Positions 20,215 through 30,173 are shown, numbered from the stretch's first letter. The stretch is DNA of 64,000 nt from Bdellovibrionales bacterium (GCA_964230645.1 CAXRHT010000002.1:1408001-1472000), one strand, 5' to 3'. Notes: a model not told the origin generated them from the letters alone. Numbers and translations are program-made.

Positions 20215-20568
20215 TTACTTCAATTGTTCGACTCGTTCTTTAGGCGAAATAATATCGGTGAGACGCACTCCAAACTTCTCGTTCACAACGACCGCTTCCC
20301 CACGGGCAACAAGTTTATCGTTCACCAGAATTTCCATTGGCTCTCCAGCTAATTTATTGAGCTCGATCACACTTCCCTGGCCCAGGTTAAGCAGTTCGCT
20401 CACCACCATTCGAGAGCGGCCTAGTTCCACCGTCACACGAAGAGGAATATCAAGAATCAAATCAAGGTTATTCCCCTCGGGTTTTTCCTCAGAGTTTTTC
20501 TCTACATTTTCTAACTCGGGGGCTTCTGCACTGAGAAGATCCGCAAGATTTTCAGCTTCATCAGCCAT
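20215..20568 (-). CDS. fliN: Flagellar motor switch protein FliN
   Basis: LDIPLRVTVELG, ARGEAVVVNEKFGVR. Confidence 0.96.
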   Translation of the reverse strand: MADEAENLADLLSAEAPELENVEKNSEEKPEGNNLDLILDIPLRVTVELGRSRMVVSELLNLGQGSVIELNKLAGEPMEILVNDKLVARGEAVVVNEKFGVRLTDIISPKERVEQLK

Positions 20569-21562
20569 GGTCTTTCTCCTTAATAATAGGTTTAGTAATC
20601 TGCATCGCTACGGAACCATGGTAGACCCCGTAGAGACCTTTAAATTTTCTGACTTCTTGAACGAGAATGTCGAATTCTCCGTTGGCATCTTGATCCAGAG
20701 GAATCACATCCCCTACTTTTAAATTCATCAGCTCATTGAGTGAGATTTCGCTTTGGCCAAGATTTACTTTCACATCAAGCTCGGTATCCAAGAGCTGATC
20801 TTTAATAATTGAGGTCCAAAGTTTCTTGTCCGTTTGATCTGACTCCACCTGAAATCCAGTGGAAAGTTTCTGCTTGATCGGCTCAATCGTAGAATAAGGA
20901 ATTACCAAAGTGATCGTCCCACTGGCATTTTCAAGCTCAACGTCGAAGGCTGAAGCAATGACCACATCCGTCGGAGGCACAATTCCGACAAACTGCGGAT
21001 TAATTTCTGTTCTAACAAATGCACAGTCGATAGGATGAATGGATTCCCAAGCCGCTTCAAGATCGTCGATGGCAAGATCAACAACTTTACGGACGATTGA
21101 AATTTCAATGGGAGTAAAGTCTTTTCCTTCGACTTTTGAATAAGGACGATCGTCTCCTCCGAAAAAGGAGTCCACTAGTGCATAAGCGAGTTTACTTTCA
21201 ATTACTAAGAGTGCGGAACCGCGGAGGGTGCTAAATCGAAGCACACTCATACAGGTCGGCATGGGAAGCGTATTGATAAATTCTCCGAATTTTAGAAAGT
21301 CGGTGCTGGCATGATTGAGAGAAGCGATCTTTCTGAGTGCACTCGAGAGAGAGACACGAAAAGCTCTCATAAATTTTTCGTAGATAACATCGAGTTGAGG
21401 AAGACGACCTCGAATAATACGATCTTGGCTGGTGAGGTCATAGACCACAACCACTCGATCATCTTTCTGCCCTCCGGGTGCTGAACCATCGGTTTCGATT
21501 TCTCCTTCAGAAACCGCAGCCAAAAGGGCATCAACTTCGCTCTGTGAAAGTACTTGATTCAT
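20561..21562 (-). CDS. fliM: Flagellar motor switch protein FliM
   Basis: VLSQSEVDALL CheY-binding motif; C-terminal SpoA domain. Confidence 0.96.
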   Translation of the reverse strand: MNQVLSQSEVDALLAAVSEGEIETDGSAPGGQKDDRVVVVYDLTSQDRIIRGRLPQLDVIYEKFMRAFRVSLSSALRKIASLNHASTDFLKFGEFINTLPMPTCMSVLRFSTLRGSALLVIESKLAYALVDSFFGGDDRPYSKVEGKDFTPIEISIVRKVVDLAIDDLEAAWESIHPIDCAFVRTEINPQFVGIVPPTDVVIASAFDVELENASGTITLVIPYSTIEPIKQKLSTGFQVESDQTDKKLWTSIIKDQLLDTELDVKVNLGQSEISLNELMNLKVGDVIPLDQDANGEFDILVQEVRKFKGLYGVYHGSVAMQITKPIIKEKDHG

Positions 21563-21572
21563 TATCTAGTCC

Positions 21573-22112
21573 TTAGCTGTTGATAAATTGTGTGAAGAGA
21601 ACTTTATTAATTTTTCCCTGAGTTAAAAACGAATTCACGGTGTCTCTAATTTCTTCTTTCAGTCTTTCTTTCCCTTTAGGAGTAGAAATTTGCGAATAGG
21701 ACTTACTGGAAAGGAGGATAATGATCATGTCACGAACTTGAGGCATGCGCTTATTGATCTCTTCTTGAACAGCCACACTGTCCACATCAAACTCCATTTC
21801 TACTTTAAAAAGTTTTTGCCCTTGGTCTTCGGCAAGATTGACCAGGAAATAATCGAGAGGAACAGAGTAGCCCGTAGTGTTCTCAAGGCTCCCCTCGCTC
21901 TTGTCAGCGGCGGCCCCAGCCATGATGGGTTCCGTGCTAGGACGTTTTAGCTCTTGCATCTTTTCCATATATAAGAAAACACCGACACCAATAATGACGA
22001 GAGTGTTTAGAAACAAAAGCCCCAAAAGAAGTGGAGAATTTTTTGATTTTTTCTTTTGCGCAGGACTTGGTCCTGCTGGCTCCTCTATTTTTTCTGCCGT
22101 ATTGTCCGCCAC
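21573..22112 (-). CDS. fliL: Flagellar basal body-associated protein FliL
   Basis: Single TM; FLVNL, PQVRD, GKERLKEEI, VLFTQF; GAGGAG RBS. Confidence 0.92.
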   Translation of the reverse strand: MADNTAEKIEEPAGPSPAQKKKSKNSPLLLGLLFLNTLVIIGVGVFLYMEKMQELKRPSTEPIMAGAAADKSEGSLENTTGYSVPLDYFLVNLAEDQGQKLFKVEMEFDVDSVAVQEEINKRMPQVRDMIIILLSSKSYSQISTPKGKERLKEEIRDTVNSFLTQGKINKVLFTQFINS

Positions 22113-22149
22113 GCTTCCTCCTCAATGAAACCTATTCAGTGATTTATTA

Positions 22150-22166
22150 AGCAACTGCAGTGCCAA
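22150..22166 (-). promoter_or_regulatory. Sigma-54 (-24/-12) promoter of the fliL-fliA operon
   Basis: Minus strand TTGGCACTGCAGTTGCT matches TGGCAC-N5-TTGCW exactly. Confidence 0.85.
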
Positions 22167-22272
22167 CAGGACTTTCATTGGTAGGAAAATTCTCTCTCCG
22201 TCTTTAGACCCAGTTGGTGATTTTCATGCGGGTCATTCATCGAGTCTTGACCGATCAGTCTCTGACCCCTAT

Positions 22273-22286
22273 GTCACAATTTTGAC
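22273..22286. promoter_or_regulatory. Candidate enhancer (bEBP, FleQ/FlrA-like) site
   Basis: GTCA-caattt-TGAC palindrome about 107 bp upstream of the -24 box. Confidence 0.5.
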
Positions 22287-22424
22287 TGACATGGACTCTG
22301 CTTTAGTCTGGTTAATAATCGTACAGAAAGCGCCTGAGCCGCCCGGCAATAAGGCTTTTGCCGCTTGACGCATATTGTCTGCAAGAGCTACTATAAAAGG
22401 GCGAGTCATTTCCCTGGGGGCACC

Positions 22425-23132
22425 ATGAGAAAAAAGAAAAAAGAAAACGGTAATACAATGAACATTGCACTGTCCTCTTTACTTGTTCTTTTTGTATGCC
22501 TGCTGTTTTTCAGCGTGGGAGTGATTACAGGAAAGGGTTGGTCGGATCGAGAGTACACCATTCGACACATTGAACAAGATTCCCACCTGCAAGCCGCAAA
22601 GGCGGATCAAAAGCCTCTTGGCGAGGAAATGTCTGATAAAGAAGTGGAACTTCTCACTCAAAGAGCTTTGGAACAGGCGAGAGCCGAGCAAGCAGAGACA
22701 GAGCCTGTGCCTCAGTCTCGAAAAGTGGCTTCGCAAAACGAGAGTGCAGAAGCTGACAAGGAAGAAGAAGGTGAAGAGCAAGAGCAACCCTCAGGGCGCG
22801 AGGCTTCAACAGCCAAGGTCGAAGAAAAAGTGGAGAGAAAAGTATCAAGCCTTCCTCCCCGCCCCACCACGCCAGCCCCTAAGAGTATTGAGTACACTGT
22901 ACAAGTGGCGGCTTATAAAACTCTTGATGAGGCCGAGGGGCACTCGCAAAGGCTTATCGATAAAGGTTTTCCAGCTTTCCCTGTGAAAGCAAAAATCAAC
23001 GGACAGATTTGGTATCGTGTCAGTATTGGAAGCTTTAAAAACCGTAAACAAGCGATGAAATACGAAAAGGCTCTAAAAAAGCAAGCGGTGGTGAAAAACA
23101 CTTTCGTGCAGAAGATCACTCGCCTGAAATAA
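22425..23132 (+). CDS. SPOR-domain membrane protein (FtsN/DedD-like)
   Basis: Basic N-terminus, one TM, low-complexity linker, YTVQVAAY...WYRVSIGSF. Confidence 0.85.
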   Translation: MRKKKKENGNTMNIALSSLLVLFVCLLFFSVGVITGKGWSDREYTIRHIEQDSHLQAAKADQKPLGEEMSDKEVELLTQRALEQARAEQAETEPVPQSRKVASQNESAEADKEEEGEEQEQPSGREASTAKVEEKVERKVSSLPPRPTTPAPKSIEYTVQVAAYKTLDEAEGHSQRLIDKGFPAFPVKAKINGQIWYRVSIGSFKNRKQAMKYEKALKKQAVVKNTFVQKITRLK

Positions 23133-23274
23133 TCCAACCACTCCCAGTGAAATCCTGGTCCAGAAATTTGTGCAAATTTGTGCACTCACCCAGCAAATTA
23201 TGTAGAAGGTTTCTTCTCCTCCCTCGGGTACCTTTATTAGTATTGGGTACTATTCCCTAAACACGGAGGTTCAG

Positions 23275-23433
23275 ATGAAAAAGTTCAAGAGTCAAAATCC
23301 TAAGAGAAAATTTTCCGCCAGCAAACACGATGACTTCTCAAGCCTATATCGCGTTCAAGATGAGCCGCCAGAAAGCTTTAAAACGAAAAAAGTGGTGAAA
23401 GCTCAATCTCCCACTCAAACCCTATTGGGATAA
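23275..23433 (+). CDS. Unannotated 52-aa basic small protein
   Basis: GGAGGT RBS, then ATG-MKKFKSQNPKRKFSASKH...TQTLLG-TAA; below the ORF-track cutoff. Confidence 0.5.
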   Translation: MKKFKSQNPKRKFSASKHDDFSSLYRVQDEPPESFKTKKVVKAQSPTQTLLG

Positions 23434-23559
23434 AACAACACCCCTCTCTATCTCCTCTCTAAATGTCCGAATTAAGAGCGGATTTAACGAATTAAAATTT
23501 TTTGGCTCTTTGTGAAAGCCCTCGACGCCCTGACCTTTATAAGGTAGGGTCTGGCTCCA

Positions 23560-25770
23560 ATGAACAAAGATCATCCATTAGTCAGTAACCTGAATGAAAG
23601 ACAACAAGAGGCCGTCCTCGATTTCGACGATCCTCTTTTAGTTCTAGCCGGTGCCGGATCGGGAAAAACCCGTATGCTCACTCATAAAATGGCTTACGGT
23701 TTATCTCAAAAGCTGTTCAGACCTGACTCGTTTTTAGCTGTGACTTTTACCAACAAGGCCGCCGCCGAAATGAAGTCACGCATTGCCGAACTGACCACCG
23801 ATATCAATCTGCGCGAGTCTTGGGTGACAACTTTCCACTCCTTTGGAAATAGAATCCTGAGAATGTACGCGGATCGCCTGGGGTTCACCACCGACTTCAC
23901 TATTTTTGATAGCTCCGACCAAACCTCTTTGGTCAAAAACATCTTAAAAAATTTACGCTATGATAACAGTGCCGCCAACGCTCGCAAGATCGCGCGCCAA
24001 ATTGGTTCTTTTAAATCAGATCTGGAAGCCCAGAAAGAACCAGAAACCTACCCCTGGTCGCCGATCGCTCGTAATGTTTATGAAAATTATGAAAGAGAGC
24101 TAAAAAAACACAACGCTTTTGATTTTGCTGATTTGCTCTTAAAAACTCATTATCTTTTAAAAACTCACGAAGATGTGCGAATGGAGCTGCAAAAGCAATT
24201 TGATTATATTTTGGTCGATGAGTATCAAGATACCAACCTTATTCAATATGAAACTCTAAAAAGTTTGAGCCGCAACAAAACCAATATCTGTGCGGTGGGA
24301 GATGAAGACCAGTCGATTTACTCTTGGCGTGGTGCTAATATTTTTAACATTTTAAATTTTGACAAAGACTTCCCCGGCGCTCGAGTCATTAAACTGGAAC
24401 AAAACTACCGTTCCACTAAAAATATTATTGGAGCTGCTTCAGCGGTCATTGCCAACAACTCCCAAAGAAAAGGCAAAACGCTATTCACTGAAAACCCTGA
24501 TGGGGACTTAATTGACATTTTGGAAAGCCCTAGTGAGTACGATGAAGCGCTAAGTATTACCTATAGCATTCGCAAAATGATCGAGCGTGGAGAGCACACC
24601 TACTCGGATGTCGCCATTTTTTATCGTACCAACGCACAGTCACGGGTGCTCGAGGAAAAACTGCGAAATTTCGATATTCCCTACAAAATTTATGGTGGGC
24701 TCAAATTCTACGATCGTAAAGAGATCAAAGACATCAATGCCTACATGAGACTTGTAGTAAATCCCAAAGATGATGTGTCCTTTCGTCGCGTGATTAACAC
24801 TCCAACCCGTGGGATCGGTAAAACCACTCTTGATAAAATTGAAAATCTCGCGTTACAAAACCAATCTTCGATGCTTGAAGCGGCCATCGCCATTTTAGAT
24901 ACGAAAATTTTAACTGCCCGAACTAAAAACAAAGTGAACGGTTTTCTTAATATTCTCTCTGAACTGCGTGAGTCTTGCTTGGAAAAGCCACTGGATGAAT
25001 TCTATAAAGATCTTCTCGAGATTAGCCAATATATGCCAAGTCTTGAAAACGAAGAGACCATTGAAGCCAACAACCGAATTGAAAACTTGGAAGAATTTGG
25101 CAACGCGATTTCAAGGTATTTAGAACTCAACCCTGAGGAACAACATATCACAGAATTTTTGCACCACATGGCCTTGGTCTCGGCCGATGATAAGGACGAA
25201 GAAGATCCTAACACCGTCACCCTTATGACTCTTCACATTGCCAAAGGACTGGAGTTTCCAGTGGTCTATGTCGCAGGTCTCGAAGAAGGGCTTTTTCCTC
25301 ATGTCGCCTCCAGTGATTTGAACAATCCTGGTGACCTCGAACTTGAAGAGGAACGCCGCCTTTTTTATGTCGGCATGACTCGTGCTGAAGAAAAACTTTA
25401 TCTTTCCTACGCCAAACAAAGAAAAGTTTGGGGCCAAAATCAGTTCCAAGCTCCGAGCCGTTTTATTAGTGAAGTCCCTGAGGAGTTTTTAAAAACAAGA
25501 CTCTCTAAACCTCGCTCTCGTTTTCGCGAGCGCCTTAATTCCACGCCCCAGACCACTGCAAGTCCTGACCCCTTCCCTGATTATGAAAGTGGTGACACCA
25601 GCGGCCTATCCCCTTACCGCCAAGGGCTCAGGGTTCATCACCCCCACTTTGGTAGTGGAGTTATTCACAAAGTAGAAGGACAAGGATCAAAAGAAAAGAT
25701 CAGTGTGCTTTTTGACAACCAAACTCTCAAAAAGTTCCTCTCCCAATACGCCAATCTTGAGTTTCACTAA
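23560..25770 (+). CDS. pcrA: ATP-dependent DNA helicase PcrA/UvrD
   Basis: AGAGSGKT, TFTNKAA, DEYQDTN, EQNYRST, EEERRLFYVGMTRA, C-terminal Tudor-like domain. Confidence 0.93.
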   Translation: MNKDHPLVSNLNERQQEAVLDFDDPLLVLAGAGSGKTRMLTHKMAYGLSQKLFRPDSFLAVTFTNKAAAEMKSRIAELTTDINLRESWVTTFHSFGNRILRMYADRLGFTTDFTIFDSSDQTSLVKNILKNLRYDNSAANARKIARQIGSFKSDLEAQKEPETYPWSPIARNVYENYERELKKHNAFDFADLLLKTHYLLKTHEDVRMELQKQFDYILVDEYQDTNLIQYETLKSLSRNKTNICAVGDEDQSIYSWRGANIFNILNFDKDFPGARVIKLEQNYRSTKNIIGAASAVIANNSQRKGKTLFTENPDGDLIDILESPSEYDEALSITYSIRKMIERGEHTYSDVAIFYRTNAQSRVLEEKLRNFDIPYKIYGGLKFYDRKEIKDINAYMRLVVNPKDDVSFRRVINTPTRGIGKTTLDKIENLALQNQSSMLEAAIAILDTKILTARTKNKVNGFLNILSELRESCLEKPLDEFYKDLLEISQYMPSLENEETIEANNRIENLEEFGNAISRYLELNPEEQHITEFLHHMALVSADDKDEEDPNTVTLMTLHIAKGLEFPVVYVAGLEEGLFPHVASSDLNNPGDLELEEERRLFYVGMTRAEEKLYLSYAKQRKVWGQNQFQAPSRFISEVPEEFLKTRLSKPRSRFRERLNSTPQTTASPDPFPDYESGDTSGLSPYRQGLRVHHPHFGSGVIHKVEGQGSKEKISVLFDNQTLKKFLSQYANLEFH

Positions 25771-25877
25771 AATATCTCTTTTACATTAGTCTTTGGTCCA
25801 GCTTTTTTCGAGATCACCAAAGTCCTAAAGTAAAGAAATTTTCTGTAATCAATTCCATGATTTGCCGATAAGAACCA

Positions 25878-27341
25878 ATGGTTATTATCCCTTTGGGGCT
25901 TACTTCGAAAACAAAAAACATTCCTTTCGCCACAGCATTGATCTGTGCCGTGACCGTATTCTTTTCCATCATCAAATTTCCAGAAAACGAGATCATCTAC
26001 GAAAACTATCTACGGAGTGCCGAACGTGTGAATTTTGGTCTAAAAGCGCGAAGCTTCCTTTTAGAGAAGTGTGAAAAAGAAAAGCCTCAAAAGTTATGTG
26101 CCGATCTAAAAAAAATACCCCTAAGAACCTTCTCCTTAGGCCACCGCTCAAAACAGTTCGCTGACAAGTCTCTCGCAAATGCCTTTATTGCTGATGAATT
26201 AGCCCGTGTGGCGCTTAAGAAAAGCAACCCTCAACTCTATCAGATACAAGAAAAGGCCGATCAAAAGATAACGAGCGTTTTAAAAAAGCTTCATTTTCTC
26301 TCCAAAGAGACAGTCTCCCCCATCTCTGCATTAAAAACTCTCTTCACTCACTCTGGGTGGATTCATCTTATTGGAAATATGCTTATCTTAATTTTCTTAG
26401 CAATACCCGTGGAGGAGAGGATGGGATCCTTTCTTTTTGCCATGACCTATCTCTTTTCGGGAATGGCAGGATCCCTGTTGCAGGTGTTTTTAAGCACTGA
26501 CGCTCTCTACATTGTCGGCGCTTCCTCAAGTATCAGTGGAGTGGCGGGTGCTCTGACTTACTTTTTTTGGAGACACAAAGCAAAAATCTGGGTGTCGTAT
26601 TTTTTCATGTTTTCTCAAGTTGTTGTGATTCCAGTGATCATTTACACACCTGTGTTTATGGTGGCAGGAGATATCATCGGGTTATTTGATGAAAGTACAA
26701 ACGTTGGACATTTTGCCCACTTGGGTGGGTTTCTTATGGGTGGATTTTTAGCCTTTCTCCATAATAAAATGCTCCCACTCCCACAGAACTTCACTTATCC
26801 CTTCGAATTGAATTTTCTCGAGCAGTCGCGAAAAAGCCTTTCCCAAATGGACCGCCTAAGGGTTTTCTCCCAGTGGCTTTATTACTCGCCAGTCAATATT
26901 TTTGCGTTTAAGCATTTCGTTTCAGAAATCAATCGAAGCAACAACAATCCTAAAACTGAATTAATTGTTAATCATTTTAAAAGGAATATTTTTCCTGAAG
27001 TTTATGAGTGCAACAAAAAGAAAGTCAGATTTATTAATCTTCTTCCAGTGAATTGGCTACATTTGCTTGCAATAGGAGATGATCCCGTGTTTCTAAAAAA
27101 GACGGCCGCCCAGTATGAAATCCAAAGAGATTTCGTCAATGCCTTCAAACTTTATTTTTTATTACTCAATGAAATTGGCTGGAGAAACGAAGAATACGGT
27201 CGCCTCCTATTTAAGAACTATAAAAAAAGCACGATCAATAAAAAGTTTATCAAACTTTCCGAAGAGCTGGCTTTTAATCATCCCCCATTTCGAAGTTTTT
27301 TAGAACGTAAAGGAATCGACCATGTTTCAGATGCATCATGA
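25878..27341 (+). CDS. Rhomboid intramembrane serine protease with soluble insert and C-terminal helical domain
   Basis: FTHSGWIHLIGNM, VGASSSISG (Ser), AHLGG (His). Confidence 0.85.
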   Translation: MVIIPLGLTSKTKNIPFATALICAVTVFFSIIKFPENEIIYENYLRSAERVNFGLKARSFLLEKCEKEKPQKLCADLKKIPLRTFSLGHRSKQFADKSLANAFIADELARVALKKSNPQLYQIQEKADQKITSVLKKLHFLSKETVSPISALKTLFTHSGWIHLIGNMLILIFLAIPVEERMGSFLFAMTYLFSGMAGSLLQVFLSTDALYIVGASSSISGVAGALTYFFWRHKAKIWVSYFFMFSQVVVIPVIIYTPVFMVAGDIIGLFDESTNVGHFAHLGGFLMGGFLAFLHNKMLPLPQNFTYPFELNFLEQSRKSLSQMDRLRVFSQWLYYSPVNIFAFKHFVSEINRSNNNPKTELIVNHFKRNIFPEVYECNKKKVRFINLLPVNWLHLLAIGDDPVFLKKTAAQYEIQRDFVNAFKLYFLLLNEIGWRNEEYGRLLFKNYKKSTINKKFIKLSEELAFNHPPFRSFLERKGIDHVSDAS

Positions 27342-29004
27342 CTACGAAGCCAAAGACAATGCCACCTTTGAGCAAAGGGCTGTGGCACTTGTGCTTGATC
27401 TGACTATTATTGGGCTTTTAAAAGGACTTCTGCCCATTCCGGCACTTCTAGGGAGTTTATTGTCTCTGATCTATTTTGTTTTTTTGCAGTGTCAATTTGG
27501 CTTTACCCCAGGCAAGTATTTCGCCGGATTAAGAGTGATCTCAACCACTGGCCAAACGAGTCTTCCTCGAATGTTACTCAGGGAATCCATCGGTAAATTT
27601 GTATCCAGTCTTGTTTTTCTATTAGGCTATTTAGTGGTCATGTTTTCTAAAAATCGTCTTGCTTGGCACGACAAGATGTCTCGCACCCGTGTTATTTCCC
27701 TTAAACCACAAGACGTCAGTGGTTTCGCGCAATTCGCGCGTGGAGCCACTAGCCTCATTGCACTCTTGATCGTTGGAGTTGTCGGCTTCACCTCATATAT
27801 TCTGTACAGTTCAGCTGGAGCACAAGCTGTCGCCAATCTCTTTGAAAAAAATAGCTTTGTTGTGCGAGGAGTCTCAGGGAGTTTGGCTAATGGAGTTAAA
27901 ATTGAATCGCTGCAAAAACAAACAAAACTTTATAAGATTGATCTAAAAAATCTCTTCCTACAGGTCAATCACAACAAAAGTGTCTTTAACAAAATAATAG
28001 AAATTAAATCAAATCCTGTGATCAATAAAATTCACATTACTGGAGGAACTGTAGAGATATTCAAAGATATCAATCCAGAAAAGGAGGGACTAGCCCTTAT
28101 TCCCAAAGATTTACTTCCCCGTAGAAAAAATGCGCCCGAAAAATTGCAGCTAGAAGATCTCGATCAAAAAAAGGCTCAGAGGAGACAGACTGGTACGATT
28201 GAGTCTGTTGAGATCGCAAATATTAATCTAAAATTGGGAGAATATGACCTCAACCTTGATCGCTTTTCAGTCGGCAACCTTGTTTTAGACAAACACTCTC
28301 TAACAGCCGGTCATCTCTATTTAAAAGGCAGCCTTGGAACTTTTATGATCAAAAATTTTACTCAACTCGATAAAAGTCAACGTTCCAGCTACTCCTATGA
28401 TTTCACTATAATTCCTAATTCCTTTTTTCCAAAAAAATTAAAAAAACCTTTCCGTTTTCTTGGTAACTTCAGCAAGATGAAAGACAGTTTAACCTTTGAT
28501 TTAAAGAGTTCTGACGAAAAGCTCGTCTTAAGCAAAAACGAAAGCCATTTCCGATTAAAACTGAATCGCTTCCCATTTGACCAATACTTCAAAGGAAATT
28601 TACCAATCAAGTCAATGAGTCTGGACACTTCCGGTAAATACATTTCTGGAAAATTGAAAATCCGCAATCAAACTTACCATTTTGATAAACAACCCCTTTT
28701 TGGTGTCAGAGGATCACCTATTATTGGACGCTCTATAAGAAACAAACGAGTGGGAGTCTCCTGGTTAAATCTCCTGATCGCCAAACCTTGGCTGCTTGTT
28801 GAAAGGCGGATTATCCCACAAAAGGCTATGCGCTCTCTTGCTTCCACCCAAGAACGGTCTATTTTTCAACCAATTTCAAAAAATGATCTTTCGAATATGT
28901 ACGTGAATAAACCCTACATAGCTCTTAAACCAAAAGCGAAGCATTTCATAGACAACGACATCGAGTTTTTTTCTAACAGTTTTATTCCTAATAAGGAACC
29001 TTAA
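27322..29004 (+). CDS. RDD-domain protein with large C-terminal beta-rich (AsmA/TamB-like?) region
   Basis: QRAVALVLD, TPGK, LLRE, AWHDKMSRTRV; then TM and GVSGSLANGVKI. Confidence 0.7.
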   Translation: MFQMHHDYEAKDNATFEQRAVALVLDLTIIGLLKGLLPIPALLGSLLSLIYFVFLQCQFGFTPGKYFAGLRVISTTGQTSLPRMLLRESIGKFVSSLVFLLGYLVVMFSKNRLAWHDKMSRTRVISLKPQDVSGFAQFARGATSLIALLIVGVVGFTSYILYSSAGAQAVANLFEKNSFVVRGVSGSLANGVKIESLQKQTKLYKIDLKNLFLQVNHNKSVFNKIIEIKSNPVINKIHITGGTVEIFKDINPEKEGLALIPKDLLPRRKNAPEKLQLEDLDQKKAQRRQTGTIESVEIANINLKLGEYDLNLDRFSVGNLVLDKHSLTAGHLYLKGSLGTFMIKNFTQLDKSQRSSYSYDFTIIPNSFFPKKLKKPFRFLGNFSKMKDSLTFDLKSSDEKLVLSKNESHFRLKLNRFPFDQYFKGNLPIKSMSLDTSGKYISGKLKIRNQTYHFDKQPLFGVRGSPIIGRSIRNKRVGVSWLNLLIAKPWLLVERRIIPQKAMRSLASTQERSIFQPISKNDLSNMYVNKPYIALKPKAKHFIDNDIEFFSNSFIPNKEP

Positions 29005-30173
29005 GAACGACGGTACTCTTGGGCCACAAAGGGTTTTTTCACCTCTTTTGGAGAAATATAATCCGCACGAACTCCATCCCAACCTTCAAAGCTCCATTTA
29101 CGTTCTACTTGGTCTACGAGAAAATTGGGGGTCAACGCCGCTTTCCCCCCACCTTCGGGAATATCAACTATGTACTGAGGCATGGCTAGCCCCGAACTAT
29201 GTCCCCAAAGTTTTTTCTGAATTTGTAATGAGTCTTCAATGGGCGTTCTTAAGTGATCAGTGCCTAGCGAGGGATCTGCCTGAAACATATAGTGAGGCTT
29301 TACCCTCAAATAAAGGAGTCGTCGTGAAAGTGAATAGATAAGATCAGCGTCATTGTTTATACCATTCAAAAGAACAAGCTGATTGAAAACTGGAATACCG
29401 CTATCAACAAGAAGGCTTAACGCAAGGGCTGAGTCCTCAGTGATCTCATCGGGATGATTAAAATGAGTCATAAAATAAAGGGGCTGAAAGCTTTTAAAGA
29501 TTTCTATTAATTCTTTATCGATTCGAAAAGGATTAACCACTGGAATTCTCGAGCCCATTCGAATGAGTTCTACCGTAGGAACATCATAGAAAGCAGAAAG
29601 CATTTTTTTAATACGGGAGTTTCCTAGAGTCAGAGGATCGCCTCCTGAGAAGATCACCTCTTTAACCTCTGGGTGAGCACGAACATAATTCACAGCTTCT
29701 TCAAGCTGCTCCTCGCTCGCCATAACTTGATCGCTGGCAGTAAAATGTTTTCTTGTACAGTATCGGCAGTACATTCCGCACATGTCTGTTGCTAGAAACA
29801 AAACTCTATCGGTGTAGCGGTGAATGAGTCGCTGACAAGGTCTATTATTTGTTTGGTTTTCACCGAGAGGATCAGGCATCTGCTGTGCCCCAGCGGCCAA
29901 TTCTTGAGCCTGGGGCAGTAGCATTTGCCGGATGCTACCAAGCTCGTTCTCCTGGCTAGCTAGTTTCGCATAATAGGGCGTGCTCTGAATGCGGAAGAGA
30001 TCATGAGATCCCTCAAAACCTTTTTTTTCAGAATCCGAGAGATTAAAATAGCTAGAGAAGTCATTGATACTTTTCAAAGAGTTTCTCATTTGCCACTTCC
30101 ATGACTTCCAATCTGATAGTTCAATACCATCTGGGGGCGTAACCACTTTCCAATGAAATTTTGACTTTCCCAT
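29001..30173 (-). CDS. KamA/EpmB-family radical SAM lysine 2,3-aminomutase-like
   Basis: LIHRY.DRVL, CGMYCRYCTR, SGGDPL, HFNHP, DIPEGGGK. Confidence 0.9.
   Translation of the reverse strand: MGKSKFHWKVVTPPDGIELSDWKSWKWQMRNSLKSINDFSSYFNLSDSEKKGFEGSHDLFRIQSTPYYAKLASQENELGSIRQMLLPQAQELAAGAQQMPDPLGENQTNNRPCQRLIHRYTDRVLFLATDMCGMYCRYCTRKHFTASDQVMASEEQLEEAVNYVRAHPEVKEVIFSGGDPLTLGNSRIKKMLSAFYDVPTVELIRMGSRIPVVNPFRIDKELIEIFKSFQPLYFMTHFNHPDEITEDSALALSLLVDSGIPVFNQLVLLNGINNDADLIYSLSRRLLYLRVKPHYMFQADPSLGTDHLRTPIEDSLQIQKKLWGHSSGLAMPQYIVDIPEGGGKAALTPNFLVDQVERKWSFEGWDGVRADYISPKEVKKPFVAQEYRRS

Noticed and set aside
20108..20722. 204-aa plus-strand ORF
   Set aside because: Antisense shadow of fliO/fliN/fliM with no recognisable motifs.
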